DNA of 64,000 nucleotides from Mobula hypostoma (lineage: Eukaryota), in assembly GCF_963921235.1 (NCBI RefSeq), contig NC_086108.1, positions 55,368,001-55,432,000 on the forward strand, read 5' to 3'. A program made the position numbers and the translations under genes. A model generated the notes under the pieces. That model saw only the letters and a program-made list of their open reading frames with translations, searched no databases and was not told where the DNA came from. Position 1 is the first letter of the stretch. Each line of letters begins with the position of its first letter. This document shows positions 38,466-49,854 of the stretch, piece after piece.

Positions 38466-39724
38466 TTGTTGAAACAGGCCAAGCTTATTCACCAAATTCA
38501 CTTCAAGAGCCATGAATAGTATTAGGTGATGCTACTTCTGACCTTCTGATGGCTCATGAAGAACTCCAGGACCTGATCTGATTAGGCAGTGAAACTACAA
38601 CCATCTTCATTTTGTTAGACAATATTTTAGCCAACAGAGTATTATCCATCAGATACATAACTGCTTCATGTTTTTGCCCAGGCTGCTCAATACCACATTT
38701 GCACACATATATTGTATCAAAGCCAGTAATTTAGGTACACCTATGGTATTCAACTCTCACCTACATTTTAAACAACGTATTGATGAAGGTCAATGAACAA
38801 GTGGTCCTGATAGAATTGAAACAAAGCATTGGACTTGAGTTTATTGGCGGGTAATTGAGCCTTCCTACTGCTCCTAACAATAATTAATCAGCAAAATAAC
38901 GCAAGCTGAAGGCAACAAGTTGATATTTGGACAGATTTCTTTCAGACCTGGTTTTCATCTACACAATCCGACTGAGTAATGTTCCACCCTGTCACAAATT
39001 TGCCAATATTCCATGTTAATGAAACATTGATAATGACCAGGCCAGTTCCACAATCAGATCTTCAGCTCAATAATGAGGATATTAGAATGTTTGCAGCATT
39101 CAGTGCATTCGGCCATTTCTCCTTATCATGAGGTATGATTACGACTTGCTGAATAATAATTTCTGTGAAGGTGGGAACCTTCGTAATTGACTAATATGGA
39201 TCATTCACTAGAAATATCATTGTGAAACCCATACTCCTCAACCTTGTGCTGAGGATTTTAATGGGATGTTAATGAAGCCTTCTCAAATTATTTAATGTTT
39301 AATTCTTCATTTCCATTCACAAAATGATATTTAGGACTCCAGATTTTGTTCCAATCTATTGACTCTTTTATCACTTTGCTCCAGTTATAATATACTCCTT
39401 CTACTACGTAGCATTCACACTGTCCAGTCCTGTGACTTCACTGAATTACCAACATATCTTTAGGCTTGCCTAGTCCTGATCCTGCTCCTTTTGTTTTCCT
39501 CAATGACAACTGTATTCGAAACAGACAGCTTTCAGGGAAGCGGCGGTCAAATAGACCCCTCACTTCTAGGCTCCTGTTGCAGATCCAGTGACGTTGATCA
39601 GGATTTGGTCAGGTTGCCAGTTGTTATGTTATTAAATTAATTTTGATTATATTGAAAGATAGAACGCAGAGCTGTTCTATAGTCTGGACTGACTAATGAA
39701 CTACCACAAATGAAGTCTCCTCAA

Positions 39725-40022
39725 TCTCAAATTAACTTAAGAGATACAGTGCAGAACAGGCTCTTCTGGCCCAACGAGCCACACCACCCAGATACCCACC
39801 TGTTTAACTCTAGCCTTACCAGAAGACAATTTAAAATGACCAATTGACCGACTAGCCAGTACATCTTTGGAATGTGGAGGGAAACCGGAGCACCCAGAAA
39901 AAACACAAGTGTTCCACAAGGAGGAACATATAGACTCCGTACAGCTGACACTGGAATTGAAAGCAGTAACTCCAGTGCCCTGAGCATTAACAGAGCTCCA
40001 CTAACTGCTGTGCCACCATGGA
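39725..40022 (-). mobile_element. V-SINE (HE1-like) with CR1-type tail
   Basis: Minus strand gggtgctccggtttccctccacattccaaaga (V-domain), tRNA-like head near 39950-40020, tail gggccagaagagcctgttctgcactgtatc. Confidence 0.85.
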
Positions 40023-40059
40023 GCCTCCAGCAAGAAAGATCACAACACTAAGCTAAAAC

Positions 40060-40424
40060 ACACTATAACTCCTTCCCTGCTCTCCATCCTCTGGGCTCCT
40101 CTACCACTTTCTTTCTCCCTAGGCTTCCCGACCCATGATCCTCTCCCTTCTCCAGCCTTCTATCCCTTTTGTCAATCAACTTTCCAGCTCTTAGCTCCAT
40201 CCCTCCTCCTCTTGTCTTCTCCTATCATTTCGGATCTCCCCCTCCACCTCCCACTTTCAAATCCCTTACTATCTCTTCTTTCAGTTAGTCCTGACGAAGG
40301 GTCTCGGTCCGAAACGTCAACTGTACCTCTTCCTATAGATGCTGCCTGGCCTGCTGCGTTCACCAGCATTTTTTGTGTGTGTTGCTTGAATTTCCAGCAT
40401 CTGCAGATTTCCTCATGTTTGCGT
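40060..40424 (+). mobile_element. Solo PLE terminal repeat
   Basis: Highly similar to 20620-20935; ends ccagcatctgcagatttcctcatgtttgcg. Confidence 0.9.
40287..40323 (+). ncRNA. Minimal hammerhead ribozyme (core intact, weakened stems)
   Basis: agtc CTGACGA a GGGT ctcg GTCC GAAAC GTC aactg. Confidence 0.8.
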
Positions 40425-40499
40425 GACTATGTTAGCTATTTGAAAAGGTAGTTTTACATTAATTTATTTCTAAGAAAGTCCTTTTCATAATTCTGAGTA

Positions 40500-41300
40500 C
40501 TAAGTCCCCTCCTTTACACCCTGTATACCCATGTCTATGTCGCCACCCACAGCTCTAATCTGCTAATTAAATTTGCCTACGGCACTACATTGACTAGCCT
40601 ATGCTGAAATAATAATGAGGTGGCCTACAGGGAAGAAGTCATCTCTCTGTCACAGTGGTGTCAAGAAAGCAACCTCTCCCTCAATGTCACAAAAACAAAG
40701 GAGCTGGTTGTGGATAACAGGAAGAATGGAGATCGGCTAACCCCATCAATGGATCTGGGATTGACAGGGTTAACAGATTTAAGTTCCTTGGCATCCACAT
40801 CACCGAGGACCTCACGTGGTCTGTACACACCAGCTGTGTGGTGAAAAAGGCACAACCGTGCCTCTGTCACATCAGACGGTTGATGAAGTTTGGTATGGCT
40901 CCCCAAATCTTAAGAGCTTTCTACAGGGGCACAATTGAGAATATCCTGACTGGCTGCATCACTGCCTGGTATGGGAACTGTACCCCACTTAATCGTAGGA
41001 CTCTGCAGAGAGTGGTGCAGACAGCCCAGCGCATCTGTAGTTGTGAACTTCCTATGATTCAGGACATTACAAAGACAGGTGTGAAAAAAGGGCCCAAAAG
41101 ATCGTTGGGGTCCTGATTCATCCCAATCATAATCTATTCCAGCTGCTACCATCTGGGAAATGGTACTGCAGCATAAAAGCCAGGACCAATAGGCTCCGGG
41201 ACAGCTTCTTCCACCAGGCCATCAGACTGATTAACTCACGCTGATTTGAATGTATTTCTATGTTACATTATTACATTCTGTGTTACATTCTATGTCACAA
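40500..41300 (+). mobile_element. Rex1/Babar 3' fragment
   Basis: ORFs 40620-40844 and 40838-41116; same family as 30680-31577. Confidence 0.92.
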
Positions 41301-41785
41301 ACAGTCATAGCAATAGCTGGACAAAGTTTCTAGCTATATCCAAAAGCAAGAAATTTCAACTACTCGGGCAACTGAACTGCAAGGTGACAATGAAGAAACT
41401 TAGGAAATAATTTTCTACCAAAGGCTCAAGGAGAATCTTAAATAATATATTGCACCTAATTTGTATCTACAAACTATACAAGCACTGAATGGGTGTTAAA
41501 AAAAACAAAGTGCGCAGAGCATTAAGATTTTATTACTTCCTAGTGGGAACATAACTGATACGTAGATGACTCCCTGGAGAAACTTGAGAAACAATGGGTA
41601 TAGAAAATTACAGGTTTCAATTGATACTTGTGGGACTAGGTAAATAGTAAGACAAAGCAAAAAAAACACAACTACTTCTGGCTGCTTCCAATATTAAATC
41701 ACATTATATTATATTAAAAAAAACCAAGACCAGACTGAATCCCTCTTAGAAGCTCCATTAATATTATCTTTTCACAGTTACTTGG

Positions 41786-41998
41786 CCTACTGGTGATGTA
41801 GTGACATCAGTGCCGGACTTCAGAGCGAAGGCTCCCGAGTTCGAATCCAGCCGGCTACCTTACACACTTTCCATCCGTGCTGGGTTGAGTGTCGAGCTAG
41901 CAACTTGGCCTCATAAAAATAAGAAAGCCTTCTTAAATAAAAACGCCATCATGACAGCGTCCCGATGACTCCACTCAGAGTTAAGGGCTTTCTTCTTC
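41786..41998 (+). mobile_element. tRNA-derived SINE
   Basis: A-box-like tgatgtagtga, B box gagttcgaatcc (41837-41848), (ttc)n tail. Confidence 0.75.
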
Positions 41999-42489
41999 AG
42001 ACAGTTAATCGGGGGAAGCATGTAACAATGAAAAGGGAGACACGCATGAATTAATGACTGATTCACGAATCTGGTCCACCTTTTGAACATCAGATGAAGT
42101 ATTAGCTGAGTTAACCAAAACTTTTGTTGGAAAGGCCTCCAAATAGAAATTGGAACACAAAGACAACTCCAAATAGAATTTGCTGCAAAAGAAATATTAA
42201 TTTCCAAGTTTATGTCAAAAATATATAAAACTGAGGGCAAAGCACATCTGGTTTTTAAAAAAAATGTTAGAAATCAAAAAGAAACTAAATTCTGAGAACA
42301 CTGAAGCAGATTTGGCAACTTTTGTGGGAAGAAATAGTTCACATTCCAGATTTAAATTAAGTCATCAGAACTAGGATAATGAGAAAGCAATTTAGTTTTC
42401 AGAAATAGAGAAGGATAAGAGAGAAAGCAAGTTAATGCAACATTATGCTTCTTTGTGCCATGTGTTGTTAAACATTAACAGAGGCAGTG

Positions 42490-43460
42490 GGACACTTTCA
42501 CTTCAATAGTTTCCATGCCTCAAACCCCAGATGCTTGATTTTTATCATGGACATATAATCTCACTCTAAACTTCCTATCCCACATTACAAGGGCCCGAGA
42601 ATCCTCTGTTAAATCAGTTTTCCCTCAGCAACATTCAGTTTCCATGAACTCATCTTCACATTGAACCTTTCCTTCAACTTCACTCACATTCTCTAGGCCA
42701 AAGCTAAAGTACTTGCATAGGATCAAACTGCAGCTCTATTTTTTGAACAAGCTTTGCTTTTGTTCCTCAGTTCTTGAACAGTACATGAATAACCATAATG
42801 CTGCCATTTCCTGCACCCAGAGCTTGAAATTTTATTTTTTTTGTTGCCAATTCCCACCCTCCTTTTACCCTCCGAGTTGGCCTATGTGTGCTGATCTTTC
42901 TCTTCTGGATGTCTCAATTTCAAGGGACAAATGAACTACCAATGTTCATTACAATCCAACAGTTACCTTGACTATTCCTTCCTCCCAAAGAGATTCCACC
43001 AGGGTCACCATGCCATTCTCCAAGTTCCACTATTTCCGTTGAATTTGTTCTGATAATAACACATTTCTGAACAGATACTGGGAATATTTTCCTTCTTCTG
43101 AACTCTTGGCTTTCTGTCCGTCAGTAATATAGTCCACCTTGATTCTACTTCCCCAACATGTTTTCTCTCACCTCTGCTCATTCTGGATTAAAAAAGAGCA
43201 GAGTACCCTTGCCCCTGAAGTTCCACCATCACTTATTCAACCCTCCTGCACCCCCCCCTACACTTTCAGCATACTGAAGTGTTTGCTCCCTCTGATCTTT
43301 TGGTCATCTCTTAAGACCCTACCACCTACTGCTCATTTTTTTGCAATACATAGGCTACTCTTTCTCACCCTCTTACAAATGCTGGGCAAGAAAACCATGG
43401 TCAGAGGGCATTGAAGTGGAATGCAGCCATTAAGTTAACAATTATTACATTTACTAATTC
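42490..43460 (+). mobile_element. Very old PLE RT remnant
   Basis: ttttatcatggacatataatctc (FTMDIQSL-like), tttctcttctggatgtctc, accttgactattcc; similar in outline to the other PLE copies. Confidence 0.55.
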
Positions 43461-43469
43461 TAATTTAGT

Positions 43470-44240
43470 GAGGGCGGAGCTACAGTGGTACTAGAGAACA
43501 GCTTCTTTCCACTTATCTAAAGCAGCAGCTTATTTTCAACCTTTAATGTCAAGGTGGACCAGTTCTATCAGTGCCCTTGACCTGCAGCTACCCTCAATTG
43601 TGGTTCTTTGCAGCGACGGGACCTGCTCTCGGTGTTCACTGACCGGCCATTTTCCGATATCCCAAGGTCGCAGCCTAGGAGACGAGTGTGCCTTCAGGGT
43701 TCCATGGCTTTGCGGCCCTGTGGAGAGCCAATTCCAAACTGGTGCCGCCAACTGGAGTGTCTTGCGAGAAAATGGAACATTGGGAATAGATGTCGGAGGT
43801 CTCTGTAAATATTACTCTCTCACTTAAGAGTGTGCTGCCAAATCTTGAGTCTGAGAACTCAGAAAAAACAATATGGCAGAATTAACACCGTAAATAAGCA
43901 AGCCGCTTGTTTTTGTTGGTCTCCCTCTAGCTATTGACTGTTCTATTTATTATAAATTATTTTAAAAATTACTATGGTTGCACATGGCACATTTAGATGG
44001 AGACATAACATAAAGATTTTTACTCATGTATGAAGGATGTAAGAAATAAAGTAAATTAAATTCAGTTTGATAATTTTCTTCCTTATCAGCTTTAACAAAA
44101 GCCAGTGATGGACATTGATGGACAGTGGTTGTTTTCTTGACACCACTGTGACAGAGAGATGACTTCTTCCCTGTAGGCCACCTCGTTATTATTTGAGCTT
44201 AGGCCAATCAATGTAGTGCCGTTGGCAAATTTAATTAAAA
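43470..44240. mobile_element. Rex1-like fragments (plus-strand tail to about 44065; minus-strand RT piece 44110-44240)
   Basis: 43925-44065 matches the tail 31430-31577; 44110-44240 is the reverse complement of about 40560-40660. Confidence 0.65.
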
Positions 44241-44299
44241 TTTATTGGATCTCATCAATTACTTTAATACTGGCGATCCCCGGCTTGGATTTATTCACA

Positions 44300-45104
44300 G
44301 TAAGGATGTTGATAATATCATGTGTCCAGCAACAATGGATATGAAATTGAGTCAGGTTATATAAACAAACAACGATATTTATTAACCTCTACTCAAAACA
44401 TAGAAAAAATAAACAAACTAGCTTAACCAAAAGTTAACCGTTATGTAGCTATCTCGAACAGTCAAACTTAGAAATAGTTCTTAATGAGTTCTCATTCAAG
44501 CACAGTCTTAAAGTAGTAAGTTGAAAAGTCCAAGAGATTTTTACAATCTTTAAGGAGAGACTTCCCCGAAACAACGATTTCTTTGAAGTAAATGATGAAT
44601 CTGATGATCACAGTCGAGCGATGCCCTGTTGAAGCAATCGTGAAGAAATAAAGGAACTGACCTTTCGGTTGGAGGGTGGTCACTGCACAAACCATCCTGA
44701 CCTATGCAGGGTTTAACTCAAACGTGCCTGCCACAATTTCCCAGAGGATTCAGATTCCAAACAGTCGATCACTTCCAAAAGACCGAACGTCATTAACTTT
44801 ACCCGATCATTTGTTTCTGTACTCTGGTAAGGTCTTCACTCTCCAATACTAGACTGTAAAGGAAAACAAAGGTGCAACAAACAAAAACTGGCGGCAATTG
44901 GCGGAACTGCTAGCACAATGTGTTTGCACCTTAAAATAGAAAGTAAAATCTGCATCACACTTTGGCGGCTTCCTTAAATACTGTAGGGAACATGCCCTCA
45001 TGTGACATAACATCACCCCACGGTCATGAGACAATTACATCATCCCACTCACAAGACCATTACATCATCCCACTGTCCTGTGATCAAACTGTAGACATGT
45101 AACA
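44300..45104 (-). mobile_element. Probable solo LTR
   Basis: Ends tgtaaca; reverse polyA signal (tttatt, about 44378); short direct repeats attacatcatcccact. No clean TSD. Confidence 0.45.
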
Positions 45105-45479
45105 ATAGTCCAGTGGAAGCATTAATGGATACCAAGTCTGTGACTAAAGTAATGTAGTAGTGAACAAAACAGAGGGATCTGGCTGTTGAGGAAAGCTATT
45201 TCTAGCCCATGCAGTTCTGATTATGCATTGCAGATAACTCAATTTCACCTCTGGGGATGTCACCCAAAGTGGGCAGAGGCAGGCAGGAACGAGAGATGCA
45301 TGGATTATCTTGCTGGTACATACCCGTCCCCACACTAATGAAGCAGCAATCCACTGACATCACAAGCCCAGTGGAATTAATCTTTGAAATGATACAAGTG
45401 CAGTGTATGGACAAGGATTGTATTCCAAGTAATTTAAAGGTCTTTTTATATATGGATTGTTATAGTATATGGCACATTA

Positions 45480-46010
45480 TTGACATTTTTCATAAGACTT
45501 CCACTGAGAGAGATAAGTACAGACGGGGAGAAATCTATCCAAGAGACTACATGAATATCAGCTAGCTGTAACAAGACACGATTCTCTGTCAGTCGTCTCA
45601 GTACATGAAGACCAAGAAGGGGACTAGTTCATCTGGGAAACTACAAAAATCCTAACAGAAGCACAAAACAAGAAATCAATAGAATTCTTCGAAGCTTGTT
45701 TCTCAATGGAAGACTCTGTGAACAGGCATATTGAACCTGTGGATCTACAGATCGGGGCTGAGGGTTGAGCTAATACTCAGGACAACCGATAAACATTGAT
45801 AGGGGCAAATGGAGATCACTCAGCTATCCGCTTGGCCGAGATGCAGCAGAGACTAGTGACCAGCATGGTAACCAACCAATCAGAACAATATAAATGCAAG
45901 CACTCGGCAGAAACAACACATTTGCTCACTGATGGTGTCACCTCTCAATTGGTGACATAACATCTGCAATCTAACCTCCACGCCGGAGAAAAATGCTACA
46001 AACAAGAGGC
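45480..46010 (+). mobile_element. Second PLE lineage (Poseidon/Penelope-type) 3' fragment with decayed hammerhead
   Basis: From about 45573 translates RHDSLSVVSVHEDQEGD*FIWETTKILTEAQNKKSIEFFEACF (GIY-YIG C-terminus); ctgatggt GTCACC tctcaatt GGTGAC ataacatc at 45929-45964. Confidence 0.65.
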
Positions 46011-46229
46011 AAGTGCAGTTTGATGTTTCTTCATTAGTTGCAAGAAGATTCATGTCATGATAATGCCCTCTAGTGACATAAACACACCATCTGAAAATTG
46101 AAACAACAGGTATTCCTATGATTGACTTTAAAGCATCCTATTTGTATCTTCATTGCCTGTACTAGGGGTGACACTATTTTATCTATGATGTGCCTTGGAT
46201 GGAAAAGCAGCCAAAGCTTTTGATAGTGG

Positions 46230-47150
46230 TGCCAAGTCAAGTTCAGTGTATTGTCATTCAACTGTACACATGTACACCAGCAAATGAAACAATGATTCTC
46301 CAGACTAAGGTGCACAGCAGAGTACGTATAACTTGCATATGACACATAAAGTAAAATTACCATCAGTTAACAAATAATGAGGTGCATTTACGACACAAGT
46401 CTAAAATGTAAACTGTATAATGCTACTGGCAGTTCATATGTGATGAGACCTGGGTGGTGGCAGAGAATTCAGTAGTCTCGCAGCCTGGGGGAAGAAGCTG
46501 TTTCCCATTGTAACAGTCCTTGTCAAATGCTATGATACCTCCTGTCTGATGGTTGGAGTGCAAGAAAATTGTGGGACAGATGGAATACTTGATGATACTG
46601 CGTATGCAGTGCTCTTGATAATTATCTCGCCTATGTGGAAGAGAGACCTCGATGATCCTCTCAGCTGTCCTCAAGTACTTCGTCGGGACTTGCAGTCGGG
46701 TGCCTTGCGATTCCTGTACCAGCTGGTGGTGTAGCTGGTCTGGACACTCTCACTGGTAATATTGTGAAAATTGATTAGCATGGGTGGGCGGCCAAACTCA
46801 CCCCTTCTCTTCAGGAAGTGGAGATGCTGCTCTGCTTTCTTGACCAAAGAGCTGGTGTTGAGGGCCCAGGTGAGATCAACCATCACGTGCACTCCCAGAA
46901 ACTCAGTACTTCTAACTATCTCCACTGAGTAGTCGGGACTGGTCAGCTTGACCTTCCTGGAGTGCATGATAATCTCTTTAGTCTCGTCCACGTTGAGACT
47001 CAAGTTGTGGTGCCCGCACCATTCTACCAGCTGCTCAACCGCCTCTCTGTACACTGTCCCGTCGTCGTAGTTGATGAAGCCAACCAGTGTTGTGTCATCA
47101 GTGAATCTGATGATTCTGCTTGAACTATGTGAACAGCAGTGGGCTGAGCA
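46230..47150 (-). mobile_element. Rex1/Babar 3' fragment
   Basis: ORF 46671-47303 (IIRFTDDTTLVG..WCGHHNLSLNVDETKE). Confidence 0.88.
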
Positions 47151-48212
47151 TGTAGCCCAGGAGGATGCTGGTATTCTGTGTGATGGAGCTAGAGATATTG
47201 CTGTCAGCATGGACTTCATCAGCAAGAATGTAGAAAACTGCTTACCAGAGAGGTCAGTTTGTGTGTTCCAAAACTGAAACCACAGATGAACAGAGAGATC
47301 CACTCCCTTTTGAAGTCCAAGAATGTGGATAGAATTGAACTATACAAAGAATTGAGATATGACTTTCATGATGCTCTGAGGGATGCCAAGAGTCAGTCCA
47401 AAATAAAAGTCCCAGACCAGGCACTGTCTCATCCCAATACCTTAGAAAAATAGGGCAGTGTACCTTAAAGTCTACTGCTCAGTGTCTCTGACTTTCATGA
47501 AGTGCTCTGAGAAGCTGATCATAGCACATTAACTCTAGCCTTCCAAACAACTTCAGCCCACTGCAATTTGCCTACCATCAAAACTGGTATATGGCAGTTG
47601 ACATCTCCCTAGCGCTATGCGCATCTCTGGAGCATTCAGACAATAAAGCCACCTACATTAGACCGTGGTTTACTGACTACATCTCACATTCAATACCCTA
47701 TAATTCCAAGCAATCTGATCTCCAACCACTTGGAACTTGGTCTCAATATCTCCCTTTGCAACTGTAGTTTTGACTTCCTAACCAACTGACTGCAATCAGT
47801 AAGGGTAGACAGGAACACGTCCGTCATGATTATTCTTAACACTGGTGCCCTGCAAGACTGCAGCCTCACCTCCCTGCTCTAATTCTTATACGCTCATGAC
47901 TGTGTGGTCATATTCTTCCACAAACCTGAAGATGACACCACTGTTACGGACTGTACATGAAATAATTATGAGTCAGAGTACAGGAAGGAGCTAAAGGAAG
48001 CCTAGAAACATCCTTCAATGTCAGCGAGTCCCTGTTGTCTGGCCATTGCCTTCAGGAAGGCGTGGGGGCAGGGGTCAGTGCACATGCTCTTATTTACATC
48101 AGTGGTGCTGGTGCTGAGGTCAGGAGGGTTAGGAGCTTAAAGTTCTTTGGAATGAGCATTACCATAGCCTGTCCTGTAACCACGTTGGTGCCACAGCCAG
48201 GAAGACTCACCT
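47150..48212 (+). mobile_element. Rex1/Babar internal RT fragment, decayed
   Basis: atgaagtgctctgagaag (MKC.E), ccactgcaatttgcctac (PLQFAY), actggtgccctgcaag, acgctcatgactgtgtg. Confidence 0.8.
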
Positions 48213-49232
48213 GTGTGTAACACCTGGATAGCACCGGTCTTACCACATGTGACTAGTCGCCATACTCTTTGAGAAAATCAAATTACACTGAGTGCTGGTA
48301 GACTATCAGAAGAGCCAGGTATCAGAAAGAGGGAGTGAATAGAAACCATACTCTTCTGGGGATAAGGTTTTTTTAATAAGAAGAAAAACTATACTAAATA
48401 TTTACATGAGCAAGAACAATTCAAAATTCCAACATTTTGTTGATAAGTTCCAAATCTGAGATATTAAACCATAACAAATTCCTTTTTAATTAGAAGCAGT
48501 GAGATTCCTTTATTACTCTGATCTACCTAACTAGACCTAGTGTTACTCCCTGTTTAAAAGTTTACAGACTGAACTTTCCTTTTTACTTATCCCTAGTTAG
48601 TTAGAAAACCAAATATAATTCCTATTCTCAAGTATTATATTTAATTTCAGTTTCAGTTCCAGGCAGCATATCTACAAGTTTAATTTCAAATTCAAAAATT
48701 ATATATACACAGTTTAACTCCTTTCACGACAATTCTCCAACATCACAACTTTTAAACAAAGTAAATCTCATTCAGTAACTTCCAAAGTCTTTGCAAAAGT
48801 AGTCAACTCTTGCAGAAAATCAAATTCAGATTCTTCGAATGAAAATAAACTTGTGCATCCAACTGTATAAAATCCTCTGCGTCATTACACATTTCGTTCC
48901 CGCGCTGGTTCTTCACCTTGGGTGGCACACCATCTTGTTTCTTAGTTCATTGAATGAAATAGTTTATCATCCACAGTAAGTCAGTTCATAAACTTGTACA
49001 AAAACTTTACCAAATCCCTTGGTATGATTTTACAAAACTAATTCCTGACTACACAGTAGGGATTTTGGACACTGGTCTCTGCCGATATTGTCTCGTTATA
49101 GCTGTAGCTTCAATAAATCTTTTATCGCTATCGTCTCTCCTCCAGGAGTTTCACCCTGAGGATTTCCAGTTAGTAGGATAAAGATACTCACTACTAATTC
49201 CACTCTAACAGTTCATGTCTTCAGTTTCTAAT

Positions 49233-49431
49233 AACACACACAAAATGCTGGTGGAACGCAGCAGGCCAGGCAGCATCTATTGGAAGAGATACAGTCGACA
49301 GTGTCCTGATGAAGGGTCTCGGCCGGAAACGTCGACTGTACCTCTTCCAATAGATGCTGCCTGGCCTGCTGCGTCCCACCAGCATTTTGTGTGCGTTGCC
49401 TGAATTTCCAGCATCTGCAGATTTCCTCGTG
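49233..49431 (+). mobile_element. Mini fold-back PLE-derived insert carrying a hammerhead, 13-bp TSD
   Basis: TSD ttcagtttctaat at 49220-49232 and 49432-49444; arms about 49233-49299 and 49331-49397. Confidence 0.92.
49303..49337 (+). ncRNA. Minimal hammerhead ribozyme (stem II closing pair mutated)
   Basis: gtc CTGATGA a GGGT ctcg GCCG GAAAC GTC gac. Confidence 0.78.
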
Positions 49432-49666
49432 TTCAGTTTCTAATCGTTGCTTTGTTTTTCTCCTTATCCATACGTGCGTCCAGCCCCGCTCCGCCCTCAC
49501 ATAGTGTTGTTTTTCAAATTTTCTTTTTTTAAAATTGCTAACCCTTGTTTTTATCCCTCTGCAGGTGGAGCTTTCTGACATTACATCTTGGGGTTTAATT
49601 AATCTGGGTTACTTCCTCAGAGAGCTAAACTAATTTGGCATGTCCCCTTTGACTCTCACCATTACA

Positions 49667-49854
49667 GCATGTCGTGGAAAATGCAGCTAGTGCTCCATGT
49701 AGATGTGCTCAAAGGTGGGGTGGGCTTTACCTGTGATGGACTAGGCTGTACCCACTGCCTTTCGTAGGCATTATTGTTTCCATACCAGGCTATGATGCAA
49801 GCAGTCAGTATACTCTCCACCGTGCATTTACATGAGTTTGCCAAAGCTTTAGAT
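49667..49854 (-). mobile_element. Rex1/Babar fragment (resumes at 53342)
   Basis: VESILTACIIAWYGN in ORF 49662-50180; colinear with the copy at 59230-59420. Confidence 0.85.

Larger units (their letters stand above)
48216..49666. mobile_element. Possible solo LTR (TGTAA...TTACA)
   Basis: 5-bp inverted termini delimit an AT-rich non-coding block between two Rex1 fragments; no TSD seen. Confidence 0.45.
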
